A stretch of DNA of 55,414 nucleotides from Hyphomicrobiales bacterium (GCA_003153975.1 PMBZ01000233.1:8677-64090); one strand, 5' to 3'; numbered from the stretch's first letter, positions 1 through 9,988 are shown. The notes: generated by a model not told the origin, from the sequence alone. Translations and numbers: made by a program.

Positions 1-501
1 AGGGTCCCGAGACATGTGTGGCGGTACACAAAAAAGCTTGCAAAAGGTGGGAGTACGCTACTCGCCGCGAGGCAGATCTACCATGTTGAATGTCGATCCA
101 GGATATTTGCGAAGGACGCTTGACTGCCGTTCCAAGCCTGGAAGCCGAAGAAATTTTTGTACCCGCTAAAACCGTCGCTTAGGGCCATTGGCTGAGATTT
201 ATTCCGCAATATCAACGAGGCCGCTTACCTTCCAGCAGCTGAGGAAATTTTTGCGCCTGCGAGAAATGGAGCCGTAGGCCAGGAACGGACATACATCGTC
301 TTGCTTGTTGTGCTTCTCGAACAACCCACAGCTTTGCATGCTGACGCTTCGACCTCAACACCGCACTACCTCGCAGATAGGAGATTGCCACCTTGTGGTC
401 GGCGACCTCTAGGACGAGCTTCTCGCCGGCTTTGGGGCACACGCGGCCAGGGCCAGACGCTGCACGCGAGATGTCAAATTACCGGGTCAGCCGCGACGGG
501 C

Positions 502-1962
502 TTACTTTTTGGCTTGGTACACGCCGGTCCGCGCCGCGTCGCCGCCCCAGGCCGCCCACCCGGTGAACTCGGGGTTCTTCGTGTCGATGCCGACCAGGCG
601 GCCGTTTTCGGTGCCAACATAGATCCAGCCGCCCTCGATCACCGGCTGTGAACGCACCGGGCCGCCAACCGTCCAGCGCTGTGCGACTTCCCCTGACTTG
701 GGGTCCAGGCGCCAGACCTCGCCCGCCGTAGTGCCGACGAAGATCGCGCCGCCCGCGGCCGCCGGCGCGGTCACCAGCGCGCCGCCGAGCTTGCCCATGT
801 CGCCGTCGATCTTGCGCGTCCAGCGGGTCTTGCCAGTCTTGTTGTGGGTGCTCACGATCTCGTCGCCCATCGCCGCGACCAGATCCTCTTCGAACGACAG
901 CACGCGGGACCCCTGGTGCGACTGCATGCTCGAGACGCTCCCCTTACCGATATTGCCCTTCGCAGCGGTGGTGTTGGCGGAGACCGGAGCGCCGCCCGCG
1001 AACCCGTTCATCGCGTCGAGCGATTTGGCCTGCCCGGCGTAGGCGGCTCTCTGCTGTGTTTCCTCGTCGAGATACTTCGCATCCTTCTCCTGGAGCTTGC
1101 GCTCGGCCTGCCCCTTCCGGGTCGCCAGGGCTTCCTGGGCACCGCCGCCGGCCTTGTCGGCGCGCGTGCTGTAGTGGATGTCGCCACCGGCGATGGTGGG
1201 AGCCGAGGTGGCGCGGGACTGGTGTGCCGAGAGAAATTCACCGGTCTTCGGATCGAGCTGATAGACAGAGCCGCCGAAGGTGGAGGCGTAAACCTTCCCC
1301 TCGGCCACGACGGGCGCAGACTGGATGTCGCTGTCGATCCACCGCTGCCACAAGATTGTTCCGGTTTGTAGGTCGAAGGCCGCCAGCACGTGGCTGGCCG
1401 ACGGGTGCCCTCTGGCGGGGTACGACGTGTAAACGCGACCATCGGCGATGGCGGGTGCGCTCGTCAGAGGGTCGCCGAGCCAGAGCGACCACACCTGCTT
1501 GCCGGTGTTCGCGTCGACCACGAAGAGCGTGCAGGACTCCGTGTTGAAAGCGCAGCGGCCCGCGTCACAGGCGGCCGAGGACGGTCCGTCGTCGTCCAGG
1601 TCGAGGCGCCAGACGAGCTGGCCGGTCTTGGCGTCGGCCGCATAGAACTCCTTGGAATGAAAGCCCCCCGAGCTGAAGACCTTGCCGTCGTAGACCGCCG
1701 GTGTGGTGACCGGCGCACCGCTCGGCAGGGTAAGCTCGAAGCCATCGGGCTTGGCCCGGAGCGTATCCTTACCCAGCTTGCGCAGGATCACGTGGCCGGC
1801 GCGGAACTCTGCCGGCGGTTTGGGGTTGGGAGCGACTTGCCAGTCCCGGGCCTTCTGGAGAATGTCCTCACCTTGCGGGGCAGGTGTGAACGAGGACTGC
1901 GCGTGGCCGGGGGAGAGCAGGAAGGAGCTCAAAGCGGCCGCGGCAAAGAGGAGGCGTGACAT
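502..1962 (-). CDS. Secreted PQQ-like beta-propeller repeat protein (BamB-like fold)
   Basis: Signal peptide; repeated motifs A(A/F)DxxTGxxxW, sPavxdGxVy, LDPKTGE/LDPKSGE. Confidence 0.85.
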   Translation of the reverse strand: MSRLLFAAAALSSFLLSPGHAQSSFTPAPQGEDILQKARDWQVAPNPKPPAEFRAGHVILRKLGKDTLRAKPDGFELTLPSGAPVTTPAVYDGKVFSSGGFHSKEFYAADAKTGQLVWRLDLDDDGPSSAACDAGRCAFNTESCTLFVVDANTGKQVWSLWLGDPLTSAPAIADGRVYTSYPARGHPSASHVLAAFDLQTGTILWQRWIDSDIQSAPVVAEGKVYASTFGGSVYQLDPKTGEFLSAHQSRATSAPTIAGGDIHYSTRADKAGGGAQEALATRKGQAERKLQEKDAKYLDEETQQRAAYAGQAKSLDAMNGFAGGAPVSANTTAAKGNIGKGSVSSMQSHQGSRVLSFEEDLVAAMGDEIVSTHNKTGKTRWTRKIDGDMGKLGGALVTAPAAAGGAIFVGTTAGEVWRLDPKSGEVAQRWTVGGPVRSQPVIEGGWIYVGTENGRLVGIDTKNPEFTGWAAWGGDAARTGVYQAKK

Positions 1963-2146
1963 GAGACCTCACGGGTGGGAAGTATTCTTGCGTTCCCCAG
2001 AATTTCTTTAACATCGCCGAATGCTTGATGAAATTGTAAAAATTCATGGGCAATGCGCCACAAATATCAGCTAAGCACACCAGCAAGCAGACGGCTTCAC
2101 GGAACCGTTACCGCCGGGGCGGCAGCATGCCGGGTCTCCATCCGCC

Positions 2147-2206
2147 TTGCTCCGTCTGTTGCTCCGTAGACCTCGGGGGCAATGGTGCCGGAGAGGATGT
2201 TTCGAA
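2147..2206 (-). other. att-like remnant: tRNA 3'-end fragment plus tandem arm-type repeats
   Basis: Minus strand reads TTCGAAACATCCTCTCCGGCACCA (ending 2183); TTGCTCCGT repeated at 2147-2155 and 2159-2167. Confidence 0.45.
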
Positions 2207-2235
2207 AAGGAGCTCTTGACCGTTAGGGTAGAGCT

Positions 2236-2991
2236 ATGTCTAACGATACGAACGCGCCTCCGCGCATATTCTCAGTCGATCCCGCCACAAAGGCAGCGAT
2301 TGAACGGATAACGCGGCGCGATCACTGCGCTTGTTTGGCAGGGAGGACAAGGAAGGGGACGCCCCTTGTTCCGAACATGCATGTGGAAGCACAGGACCAG
2401 AGCGTCGCCGGTTGGGAGCAGGCCGTGAATTTGATCGATCGGCTTGCGCAAACGAATGCTTCGATCTTTGAACCATCGGCGCAAATCCTCTGGGAAGACT
2501 GGATGCGCGTCATCACGCTCCCACGTGAGCTGGCCTCTCTAACGCAGGTGACGGAGGTGCGCCTTTATGGCAGCCATCTGCGCAGACTTCCCCCAGAAAT
2601 TGGGCGAATGTCGTCGCTCCGAGAGTTGGATGTCTACACGTCCTATTCGCTGCATTGGCTTCCCTATGAAGTCATGCGATGCGCGAACCTGAGCGCCAAC
2701 AGGATGAGCACTCGCGCGCTCTATGGAAATAGGAACACACGACTGCCCTTTCCGCGCCTTTCACGCACAATCGATGTTCTGCTTCCCGCGACTTGCAGCG
2801 TTTGCGATCAGCCATTCGATGAGCGAAACCCTCAGCCCTTTTGGACGACACAGCGGGTCGGCACGGACTATGTTCCCCTCCTGATACATAGTTGCTCAAA
2901 AGCCTGCATCGACTTGGTGCCGTCCGCGCCGCCTGGTTTCTTCGAGCGCCCCCATAGGGGTGGTGGCGGCGTTGGAATGCCAACCGCCTAA
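2236..2991 (+). CDS. Leucine-rich-repeat protein with Cys-rich C-terminus
   Basis: LPRELASLTQVTEVRLYGSHLRRLPPEIGRMSSLRELDVY LRR pattern; CSVC and CSKAC motifs. Confidence 0.75.
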   Translation: MSNDTNAPPRIFSVDPATKAAIERITRRDHCACLAGRTRKGTPLVPNMHVEAQDQSVAGWEQAVNLIDRLAQTNASIFEPSAQILWEDWMRVITLPRELASLTQVTEVRLYGSHLRRLPPEIGRMSSLRELDVYTSYSLHWLPYEVMRCANLSANRMSTRALYGNRNTRLPFPRLSRTIDVLLPATCSVCDQPFDERNPQPFWTTQRVGTDYVPLLIHSCSKACIDLVPSAPPGFFERPHRGGGGVGMPTA

Positions 2992-3392
2992 GAAAGGACC
3001 GCTAATGGGTCTTCGTCGGTGCGAAATTCATGAACGCCTGCGGCAGCCGAAAGGCCGAAAGAAGTTCCCGGCGTGAAGCTTCCAAGTGCATCGGTGGGTA
3101 TGGATCCGGGCGAAATCATCTCAGCGGTGCTCTGACCGCGGGGGCGAAGCTGTCATGACCGCAGGACTCTCGATTGCGGACGAGCGCCAGGCTCGCTCTG
3201 GAACGCTCGCCGGGAAATCGCCGACGTCGGCTCTTGTATACGAGGGCCGAGCGGACGGCGAGATCGCAGCGTAGACCGACACGGCAGCTATTGGCCCACT
3301 GCGGTAAATGGCGAGATCTCAGCTTTCGGATCTAGGAGCCGCTGTTTGAGAGTTCGCATTGATCGAGGGCACAGATTGCTTTGCAACCAACC

Positions 3393-3605
3393 TCACGTTG
3401 CACCTTCACCGTTTGGCGCTGCTTTCGCGATTAGGCGCTCGACAAGCTCGATCTCACCGTCAAGGCGGGTTGCGATCTCGTTCAGGCGGGCCGCGGTGAT
3501 GCCATCGCTTGCGCCGAAGAACAGCGCGCGCACGGCGGCAACGAGGATGTGGGCTTGAGAAAGGAACGTCTTGCTGGCCTTGAGTTCGCGGAGGGTGAGG
3601 TTCAT
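3393..3605 (-). CDS. Small hypothetical protein (phage-like)
   Basis: ATG with AGGGG SD, starts 2 nt after the stop of 3608-3844. Confidence 0.5.
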   Translation of the reverse strand: MNLTLRELKASKTFLSQAHILVAAVRALFFGASDGITAARLNEIATRLDGEIELVERLIAKAAPNGEGAT

Positions 3606-3607
3606 GG

Positions 3608-3844
3608 CTATTCCCCTTTCTCATTTTTGCGCGCGGCGTCGGTTTTCTGCGCGAGGAGGCCGATCTCCGCTTCGATCCCCTTCATAATTTTCATGAGCCG
3701 GGCAGCCTGGTCGCGGTCGCTTGGGCCAATCAAGATTGCGACATCTTCCGCCGTCTCCCTCGCGATCTGGAGGCGCTTCCAACAATCGCGTAATTCACCG
3801 GAGTGCATGGTGATCCTTTCGGGCATAGCTTCGCCGTTCACCAA
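3608..3844 (-). CDS. Small hypothetical protein (phage-like)
   Basis: Helical ORF divergent from the XRE regulator, coupled to the next gene. Confidence 0.5.
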   Translation of the reverse strand: MVNGEAMPERITMHSGELRDCWKRLQIARETAEDVAILIGPSDRDQAARLMKIMKGIEAEIGLLAQKTDAARKNEKGE

Positions 3845-3959
3845 AGTTGTGGATTTCGGTGGCCGGCCATTGGTGCGATTTAATAAAATACGGACTGTAT
3901 ACTATTATTAGGATTTGCGCCGCGTTGCGTCAATCCCGATATTCGGATAAGCGCACAAT

Positions 3960-4190
3960 ATGCTGACAGCAACACAGTGCAGAATGGCCAGAGCGGCGCT
4001 TGAATGGGGCGTTCGGGAACTGGCAGAAGCCGCCGGGATCAACGTCAATACCGTCACCAGATTCGAAAGTGGCAAGAAGTCGAACGTCTCAACGCAGAAA
4101 TTGATTAGGCAGACATTCGAGACGGCCGGTGTGCGGTTCACCGATGACGGCGGGATCGTGCCGCCGAAGAAGGGCGATGATCGTATCTGA
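3960..4190 (+). CDS. XRE/Cro-like HTH transcriptional regulator
   Basis: QCRMARAALEWGVRELAEAAGINVNTVTRFE...FETAGVRF, a typical alphaproteobacterial HTH_3 protein. Confidence 0.9.
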   Translation: MLTATQCRMARAALEWGVRELAEAAGINVNTVTRFESGKKSNVSTQKLIRQTFETAGVRFTDDGGIVPPKKGDDRI

Positions 4191-4401
4191 CCTCGGCCGC
4201 CGCGATATCCTCGCCGGGCTCTTGGTTGCGCTGGCCGCGCCCGCGATAATCCGCACGCCGGGGCTCTTGATGCCGGTGCGTGCCCAGCTTGCAGACGCCG
4301 ATGATGTCAGGAAATGGCTGCGGCGCGACACGCTGCGGAAAACGGAGGCGGCTGTGCGGGAAATCCTCCGGTTGCGTGGGGCGGCCCCAATCTGCTTTTA
4401 G
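4177..4401 (+). CDS. Small protein with twin-arginine-like N-terminus
   Basis: GRRDILAGLLVALAAPAIIR..LMPVR, a motif seen in small phage proteins; overlaps the HTH gene end. Confidence 0.5.
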   Translation: MIVSDLGRRDILAGLLVALAAPAIIRTPGLLMPVRAQLADADDVRKWLRRDTLRKTEAAVREILRLRGAAPICF

Positions 4402-4479
4402 GCGGTGGGACCGCTATAGCCGCCAGACAACGCGAGAAGATCATTGTGCTGATGATCGAGATCGCCATCAAGCACGGCT

Positions 4480-4947
4480 TCAAAATCGACCGGCAAGGGT
4501 ACGCTTAGCGTGCTCAGCAAGTTCAGCAACCGGCGCTTTTTCCGCCGTCAGCTTCTTCTTCCCCTTCCTTCCAAGAATCCTGCCCAAATCCCTCTGGACC
4601 TTGCCAGCCAGGCGCGTCATGCCGGATTCCTCGACCATCTCACAGCCGTCGCAGGCCGCTTGAACAGGGTCCACCGGATAACCGATGCAAACTTCCGGGC
4701 GCAGTTCGTAAATTCGGCACCGGTACGGATCGCGCCACAGCGCCTTGCGAAGCCAGGGGCAACGGGCTGCATCGTTGTGTGTCAGCGGATTTACCCACAA
4801 ATCCGCGATATCAACCCATGCAAGGATATGCAGGGCCGCCTCGTCTCTCCTCCTGAAGCAATGGTACCGCCGTCAGCATTTCGGCCCAAGCAAGGCATTA
4901 AGTTTGCGCGCGCAGCATTGCCCGCCACGCACAAGGGATGCCTTCAT
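4480..4947 (-). pseudogene. YkgJ-family Cys-cluster protein, in-frame stop at 4873-4875
   Basis: CPWL...CRIYELRPEVCIGYP motif; same frame upstream gives MKASLVRGGQCC before a TGA. Confidence 0.6.
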
Positions 4948-5105
4948 CGTCGCATTTCCAAGTGAAGCTCAAGGTGCTACGGTCGCTTGCGACTTGTATG
5001 GAGTTACGGCTTTAGGCGTCCTCGCTTTTCCTGCCTCCCTGTGTGCTGCGGCGCGGGATTCCTTAATCGCTTGCATAATCGCTACAGTATCACTTCCGGT
5101 GCCCC

Positions 5106-6623
5106 ATGTTTTGCGCGCTGATTAAGATAAGTGCACGGATGTCACAACTGCCCCTCACCAAGCTTACAATCTTGGGTGTCATTCTTGTATTGTGTTTCGT
5201 TAGCCCTGTGGCAGCAGGCGCATTTGAGGATGCTGCGGCCGCGCGTGGCAGAGGGGATTATGTAATTGCCCTGAGGCTTTATCATTCGCTGGCTGAGCAA
5301 GGCGAGGCAGTAGCCCAAGCTGTACTCGGCGTGATGTACGAAAACGGCGAGGGGGTGCCACAAAACCACGGCGAAGCGGCAAAATGGTACCAGCTTGCTG
5401 CTGAGCAAGGTCACGCACCAGCCCAAGGTCTACTCGGCCTTATGTACGAATATGGAAGGGGCGTGCCCCAGAACTACGCTGAGGCAGCAAAGTGGTACCG
5501 GCTTGCTGCCGAGCAGGGGGACGACCTTGCCCAAGATGAGCTTGGTCGTTTGTACTACGTGGGGCAAGGCGTGGCACGGAACTATGCTGAAGCGGCAAAG
5601 TGGTCCCGACTGGCTGCTGAGCAAGGTAACGCCTATGCTCAAACTAGGCTCGGCGGTTTGTATCACGGAGGCCAAGGCGTGGCACAGAACTATGCTGAGG
5701 CGGCAAAGTGGTTCCGACTGGCTGCTGAGCAGGGGGAGGCCCTTGCCCAAGCTCTGCTCGGTCGCCTGTACGCCTTCGGCAGGGGAGTGCCGCAAAACTA
5801 TGTGGCGGCGTACATGTGGTTCAGCTTGGCGGCAGCACAGGGCTACTCAAATGCACCCAGAGATCGTGACATCATCAGAAGAATGATGACCCCGGCACAG
5901 GTTGCCGAGGCACAGAAGGCGGCTGCAGAATGGCGCCCGAAGAAACCAAACGCAGCTTTGGCGGAAGCTACACCGCGATCACATTCGGCCGAAAAGCCGA
6001 ATTCGGCAGCGACATCAGGAACTGCATTTTTTGTTTCGAGTGATGGCAGAATGCTGACTAATGCCCACGTCGTGCAAAAATGCCAGCAGATCCGCGTGGC
6101 CGGAGCCTCCGCACGACTTTTGGCCCGCGATGGCGTTAATGATCTCGCCCTCCTTGCAAGTGATCTGCATCCTGCTCAATGGGCCAATTGGCGGCAGACC
6201 GCAAAGCAAGGGGAAGAAATCGTCGCATATGGATTTCCCTTGGCTGGAGTGCTTTCTTCCGGCGGCAACGTCGTTACTGGAAACGTCACAGCGCTCGCTG
6301 GGATCGGTGACGATAGCCGCTTCCTGCAAATTTCCGCTCCGGTTCAACCGGGGAATAGCGGAGGGCCCCTTTTCGACAGGAACGGGAACGTAGTTGGCGT
6401 TGTCGTCGCCAAGCTCGACGCCATGAGCATTGCATCCGTCACCGGCGACATCCCGCAGAACGTCAATTTTGCTATCAAGGCTTCCGCGGCCGTGGCTTTT
6501 CTTGACGCGCAGCGCGTGCCGCGTTCTGAGGAAGCCGTCAGCGATCTGGCCGTGCCACTATCGACGCCCGCAATCGCCGCACGTGCTCAATCGCTGACAA
6601 TGCGGGTAATATGCCTTCAATGA
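5106..6623 (+). CDS. Sel1-repeat protein fused to trypsin-like serine protease (start may be 5139)
   Basis: About six 36-aa AQxxLGxxYxxGxGVxQNYAEAAKWxxLAAEQG repeats; triad motifs TNAHVV, DLALL, GNSGGP; signal/TM segment. Confidence 0.92.
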   Translation: MFCALIKISARMSQLPLTKLTILGVILVLCFVSPVAAGAFEDAAAARGRGDYVIALRLYHSLAEQGEAVAQAVLGVMYENGEGVPQNHGEAAKWYQLAAEQGHAPAQGLLGLMYEYGRGVPQNYAEAAKWYRLAAEQGDDLAQDELGRLYYVGQGVARNYAEAAKWSRLAAEQGNAYAQTRLGGLYHGGQGVAQNYAEAAKWFRLAAEQGEALAQALLGRLYAFGRGVPQNYVAAYMWFSLAAAQGYSNAPRDRDIIRRMMTPAQVAEAQKAAAEWRPKKPNAALAEATPRSHSAEKPNSAATSGTAFFVSSDGRMLTNAHVVQKCQQIRVAGASARLLARDGVNDLALLASDLHPAQWANWRQTAKQGEEIVAYGFPLAGVLSSGGNVVTGNVTALAGIGDDSRFLQISAPVQPGNSGGPLFDRNGNVVGVVVAKLDAMSIASVTGDIPQNVNFAIKASAAVAFLDAQRVPRSEEAVSDLAVPLSTPAIAARAQSLTMRVICLQ

Positions 6624-6783
6624 CGTTGCGGACAAAAGCGGAGCATCAAGGCTTGGCCTCTACGGTCAAGCCGAGCCTTGGCTGAGCTTGCCCTGTTGCT
6701 TTCAACCGCCGTTTATTCAGCCTCTGCAATTCCATGGCGGCAGGGCTTGTCGGAATTAACACCGCAGAGGTGGAGCAGGCGTC

Positions 6784-6902
6784 TGCCTCAATAGGGCTTG
6801 CCCTAGTGAGGCATTGAGGCAACATGCAAAAACTGTCCCACACACATAGGTATTGATTTTTGAGACGGCGCATCCCATAAAATCGATAATGTCATTGAGA
6901 CG
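6784..6902. promoter_or_regulatory. Putative res site (three inverted-repeat subsites) upstream of the resolvase
   Basis: TGCCTCA-ATAGGGC-TT-GCCCTAG-TGAGGCA (6784-6813), TGTCCCA...TGAGACG (6834-6867), ATCCCA...TGAGAC (6872-6901). Confidence 0.55.
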
Positions 6903-6915
6903 AAGGAGGCCACAA

Positions 6916-7476
6916 ATGCAAGTCGGATACGCAAGAACCTCCACCCTGGAGCAAAAGGCCGGTCTTGAGGCGCAGCTTCGCGATCTTGATGCGGCCGGTG
7001 TCGAGAAGGTTTTCAGCGAGCAGCTTTCCAGCGTGGATGCGGCACGGCCACAGCTCGAAGCTACGCTCGATTTCGTGCGGGAAGGCGATGTGCTGGTAAT
7101 CACGAAGATCGACCGCGTGGCCAGGAGCGTCGCGAACCTCTGCGAAATCGAGGCGAAGCTTCATGCCAAGGGCGCGAGCTTGAAGGTGCTGAGCCCGGAA
7201 CTGGACACGTCAACACCTATGGGCCGCCTCGTGTTCAACATGGTTGGCGCCATCGCCCAGTTCGAGCGGGAAGTCATGCTAGAACGCCAGCGCGAAGGCA
7301 TAGCCAAGGCGAAGGCCGAAGGCAAATACAAAGGCCGGGCGCCTACGGCGATGGCAAAGGCGGATGAAGCGTTGGCGCTGCTTAAGAGTGGCATGGGAGC
7401 CACTGAGGTTGCCCGGCAACTCGGCATCGGCCGGGCGAGCGTGTATCGCATCATTGAGGCCGTCGCGGCGGACTGA
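6916..7476 (+). CDS. Serine recombinase (resolvase/invertase family)
   Basis: VGYARTST catalytic motif, GDVLVITKIDRVARS, C-terminal HTH (EVARQLGIGRASVYR); AGGAGG SD. Confidence 0.95.
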   Translation: MQVGYARTSTLEQKAGLEAQLRDLDAAGVEKVFSEQLSSVDAARPQLEATLDFVREGDVLVITKIDRVARSVANLCEIEAKLHAKGASLKVLSPELDTSTPMGRLVFNMVGAIAQFEREVMLERQREGIAKAKAEGKYKGRAPTAMAKADEALALLKSGMGATEVARQLGIGRASVYRIIEAVAAD

Positions 7477-7994
7477 AGCGGTGCAGGTGTCCCCAAAGGC
7501 GCCGCTGGCTTTTCGCCTGCGCCGCCGATTGATTTTGGCGGCTTGTTAACAGAATGCGGCAAGCCAATTCCTCCACCATGGCAGCAAAAGCCGGAAAGCA
7601 GCCTTATACGGTCCGGCGCTATGGGCCACTTGCGGACACCCGCGATGATCGAGAGGACGCGCACGACAATCGGGGGTCGTATACAAAAGCCGACATCCAC
7701 GATGCTCGGGTGAACTTCTCAGGGCTCGCATTTTTTGCTTCCGCAATCGAGGGTACTGCGGCCATGGCATCGTCGGCCATCGATCAAGGGGCCGTGCGTT
7801 CAACGAAGGCCGGGCCGCCGCAATTCGTCGCCTCCGTCTTGCCTTGTTCACACGCCGTTGCGACAGCCTGCAAACCGGAATGCAGGCGCGTCTCTCGACG
7901 TCTTCGCCCGATACATTGGGGAAAAACGAGACATTATGGCGAGAATGTGTTGACACTGCGTATTGCGCACCGCAGTTTCAATTACGAAGAAAAA

Positions 7995-8597
7995 ATGTGT
8001 GGTGCCATAGTGCGTAGATTGATCTTACTCGCCGGGTTGAGTCTGTTTGTGTGGCCTTTTGCCGAATCCAGCGTTGCGGCGGATAGCCAGTCGCAGGCTC
8101 TTTCCGTCAGAGGATATGCGCAGTCGGTATGTACTCTCGCCGCACCCCAAATTTCTCAGTCAACCAACATAACGATCAGCGGAGGCACTGCAATCCAGAT
8201 CGTTCTCAACGTGCCCGCACTGGTTGATGAAAAGACCGCTCAACTGCGTCCGGGATCGGTTTCCCTGACGGCGAATTTGATTTGCAATCGTTCCCACTCC
8301 CTTCGAATCGTATCCGGAAATGGTGGGTTGCGTCCGCAAACCGGCGGTGATACGCCGGCTGGAACCGGATTTGCCAATCGTATCGACTACACTGTGAATG
8401 CAAGTTGGGGGGGAGCGACGGCGCAGCTGCAAACGTCCGGGGTTGGAGGGGCAGCAACGCCAGAAGTGCAAAGTCCCGGCGCTTATGCCGGCAACCTTGT
8501 TCTTCAAGTTTCCATCAACGAGTCGGGTGCCGGACACCTGCCGCTTGTGGCCGGAAACTATACGGATGCTCTGACCATAACGCTGTCGCCTCTCTAG
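7995..8597 (+). CDS. Archaic (Csu/spore-coat-U-like) pilin subunit
   Basis: Signal peptide; SVC...ICN...SGNGGL...IDY...AGNYTDALTITL pattern shared with the other pilins here. Confidence 0.75.
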   Translation: MCGAIVRRLILLAGLSLFVWPFAESSVAADSQSQALSVRGYAQSVCTLAAPQISQSTNITISGGTAIQIVLNVPALVDEKTAQLRPGSVSLTANLICNRSHSLRIVSGNGGLRPQTGGDTPAGTGFANRIDYTVNASWGGATAQLQTSGVGGAATPEVQSPGAYAGNLVLQVSINESGAGHLPLVAGNYTDALTITLSPL

Positions 8598-8619
8598 CGA
8601 GGAAAAGCAAACAAGGGAC

Positions 8620-9291
8620 GAGCGGACACAACGCTCGCGTGTTTCGCTCCTGGCCCTGTTGACGCTCGCAAGAAGATCGGCCTGTCTCGCCATCTGGCAT
8701 GGCGAGCGGTTTGAGATGGTTTGCCTCTGGCCAAGGCTTCTGATCGCCAGAGAGCGGTTTACTGTGCGCCCAGCAATCGTCACGGCGTTCGTTTAACGGG
8801 GCATAGCGGATACCTCGACCGTAACTCAAGGAGGAGCCAGCAACAATCCCACCATCGCCCCCATTGCCGTTCCCGGCGCGACGGCAACCACCGTGGCCGG
8901 CGGCGTGTCCATCAACCAAACCGGCACCACCGCGAACACTTCGACAGTGACGCAGTCCAGCAGTTCAAGCGGCATTGCCGTGGCTCAGAGCGGCACCGCA
9001 GGCAGCAATACATCCACGATCAGCGAGACGGACGGCAATGCACACGCCGCCAATATAGTCCAGTCCAGCGGCGGCGCCTCCAATACGTCCAGCGTCACGC
9101 AAGGCGGCGGTAACGGCAACATCGCCGGGATTTATCAAACCGCCAATGGAGGCGTGAACTCATCTTCAGTCGGCCAGAGCGGCAGCACCAACTGGGCCTA
9201 CGTCACCCAAACCGCCGTGACCGGCTTGACCAACACGTCTACGGCCACACAAACCGGGACCGGAAACGCCATGACGATCACGCAGTGCTAA
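8620..9291 (+). pseudogene. Curlin-repeat protein (CsgA-like) with disrupted 5' end
   Basis: Repeats of NTSTVTQ/NTSSVTQGGG/NSSSVGQSG; in-frame TAA at 8794-8796; in-frame signal-like RTQRSRVSLLALLTLA at 8623 lacks a start codon. Translation from GTG 8893 would give a protein without signal peptide. Confidence 0.7.
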
Positions 9292-9384
9292 CCCGTAGGG
9301 GGCCGGCTGTGCTGCCAGCCCTTCTTTCGCCTGCCATTGGCGCGCGGGTCGGCGCAGGCGATTTGCCACCCAAAGGAAACCGGA

Positions 9385-9837
9385 ATGCATCCAGGTCTCA
9401 AACTCACGGTCGGCCTCGCCGGATTGGCGCTGCTTTTCCCCGGGAACTCACCGGCCCTCGCGCAAGAGGACCGCGTTACGCAATCCACCGCAGAGGCGGA
9501 TCAAATCCCCGGTAATATTGCTATTGTTAAACAGAGCGGCAGCGCCAATTCTGCCCTCGTGGAGCAGCAAGCGATCCTCGGAGCGGGCTACGCTAACGCC
9601 GCCTCAATCCAGCAATTTGGTTCGGACGGCAGTGCGAGCATCACCCAGAAGAACGGCTCGCAGCTCGCAGCCGGCATCGCGCAATACGGCACCAACGAAA
9701 CCGCGACCGTCACGCAGCAAAACGGCGCGAACCTCGGCGTGCAGATCAACCAGTACAGCAACGGCGCCTCGATCGGCGTCACCCAGTCCGGCACGGGCAC
9801 GCCGAACGGTCCGCCGATTGTAATCAGGCAATTTTGA
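9385..9837 (+). CDS. Curlin-repeat protein (CsgB/CsgA-like)
   Basis: Signal peptide then NxAxxxQxGxxNxAxxxQ repeats (NIAIVKQSGSANSALVEQ, NAASIQQFGSDGSASITQ, IAQYGTNETATVTQ); AAGGA SD. Confidence 0.85.
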   Translation: MHPGLKLTVGLAGLALLFPGNSPALAQEDRVTQSTAEADQIPGNIAIVKQSGSANSALVEQQAILGAGYANAASIQQFGSDGSASITQKNGSQLAAGIAQYGTNETATVTQQNGANLGVQINQYSNGASIGVTQSGTGTPNGPPIVIRQF

Positions 9838-9988
9838 TGCCTGTGCAGTCTCGCGTCCAGAGCATGAGCGCTGGACGCAATCTTCGTGCGGCAGAAATAG
9901 CAATCGGCGAGAGGCTTGCCTTGAGCGGAAGAAGCGAAAGCAAGCTGCGATAAGAAATCCGCCGCAGCCCTCGATGCCAGCCCGAAGG

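Noticed and set aside
212-442. 76-aa minus-strand ORF
   Set aside because: No recognisable motif or clear SD; cannot support as a gene
5300-5850. 108-bp periodic repeats as a possible CRISPR array
   Set aside because: They are in-frame Sel1 coding repeats with no unique spacers; no cas genes in the window
7554-7994. N-terminal 147 aa of the 347-aa ORF
   Set aside because: Signal peptide and pilin similarity begin at 7995; the upstream part looks non-coding
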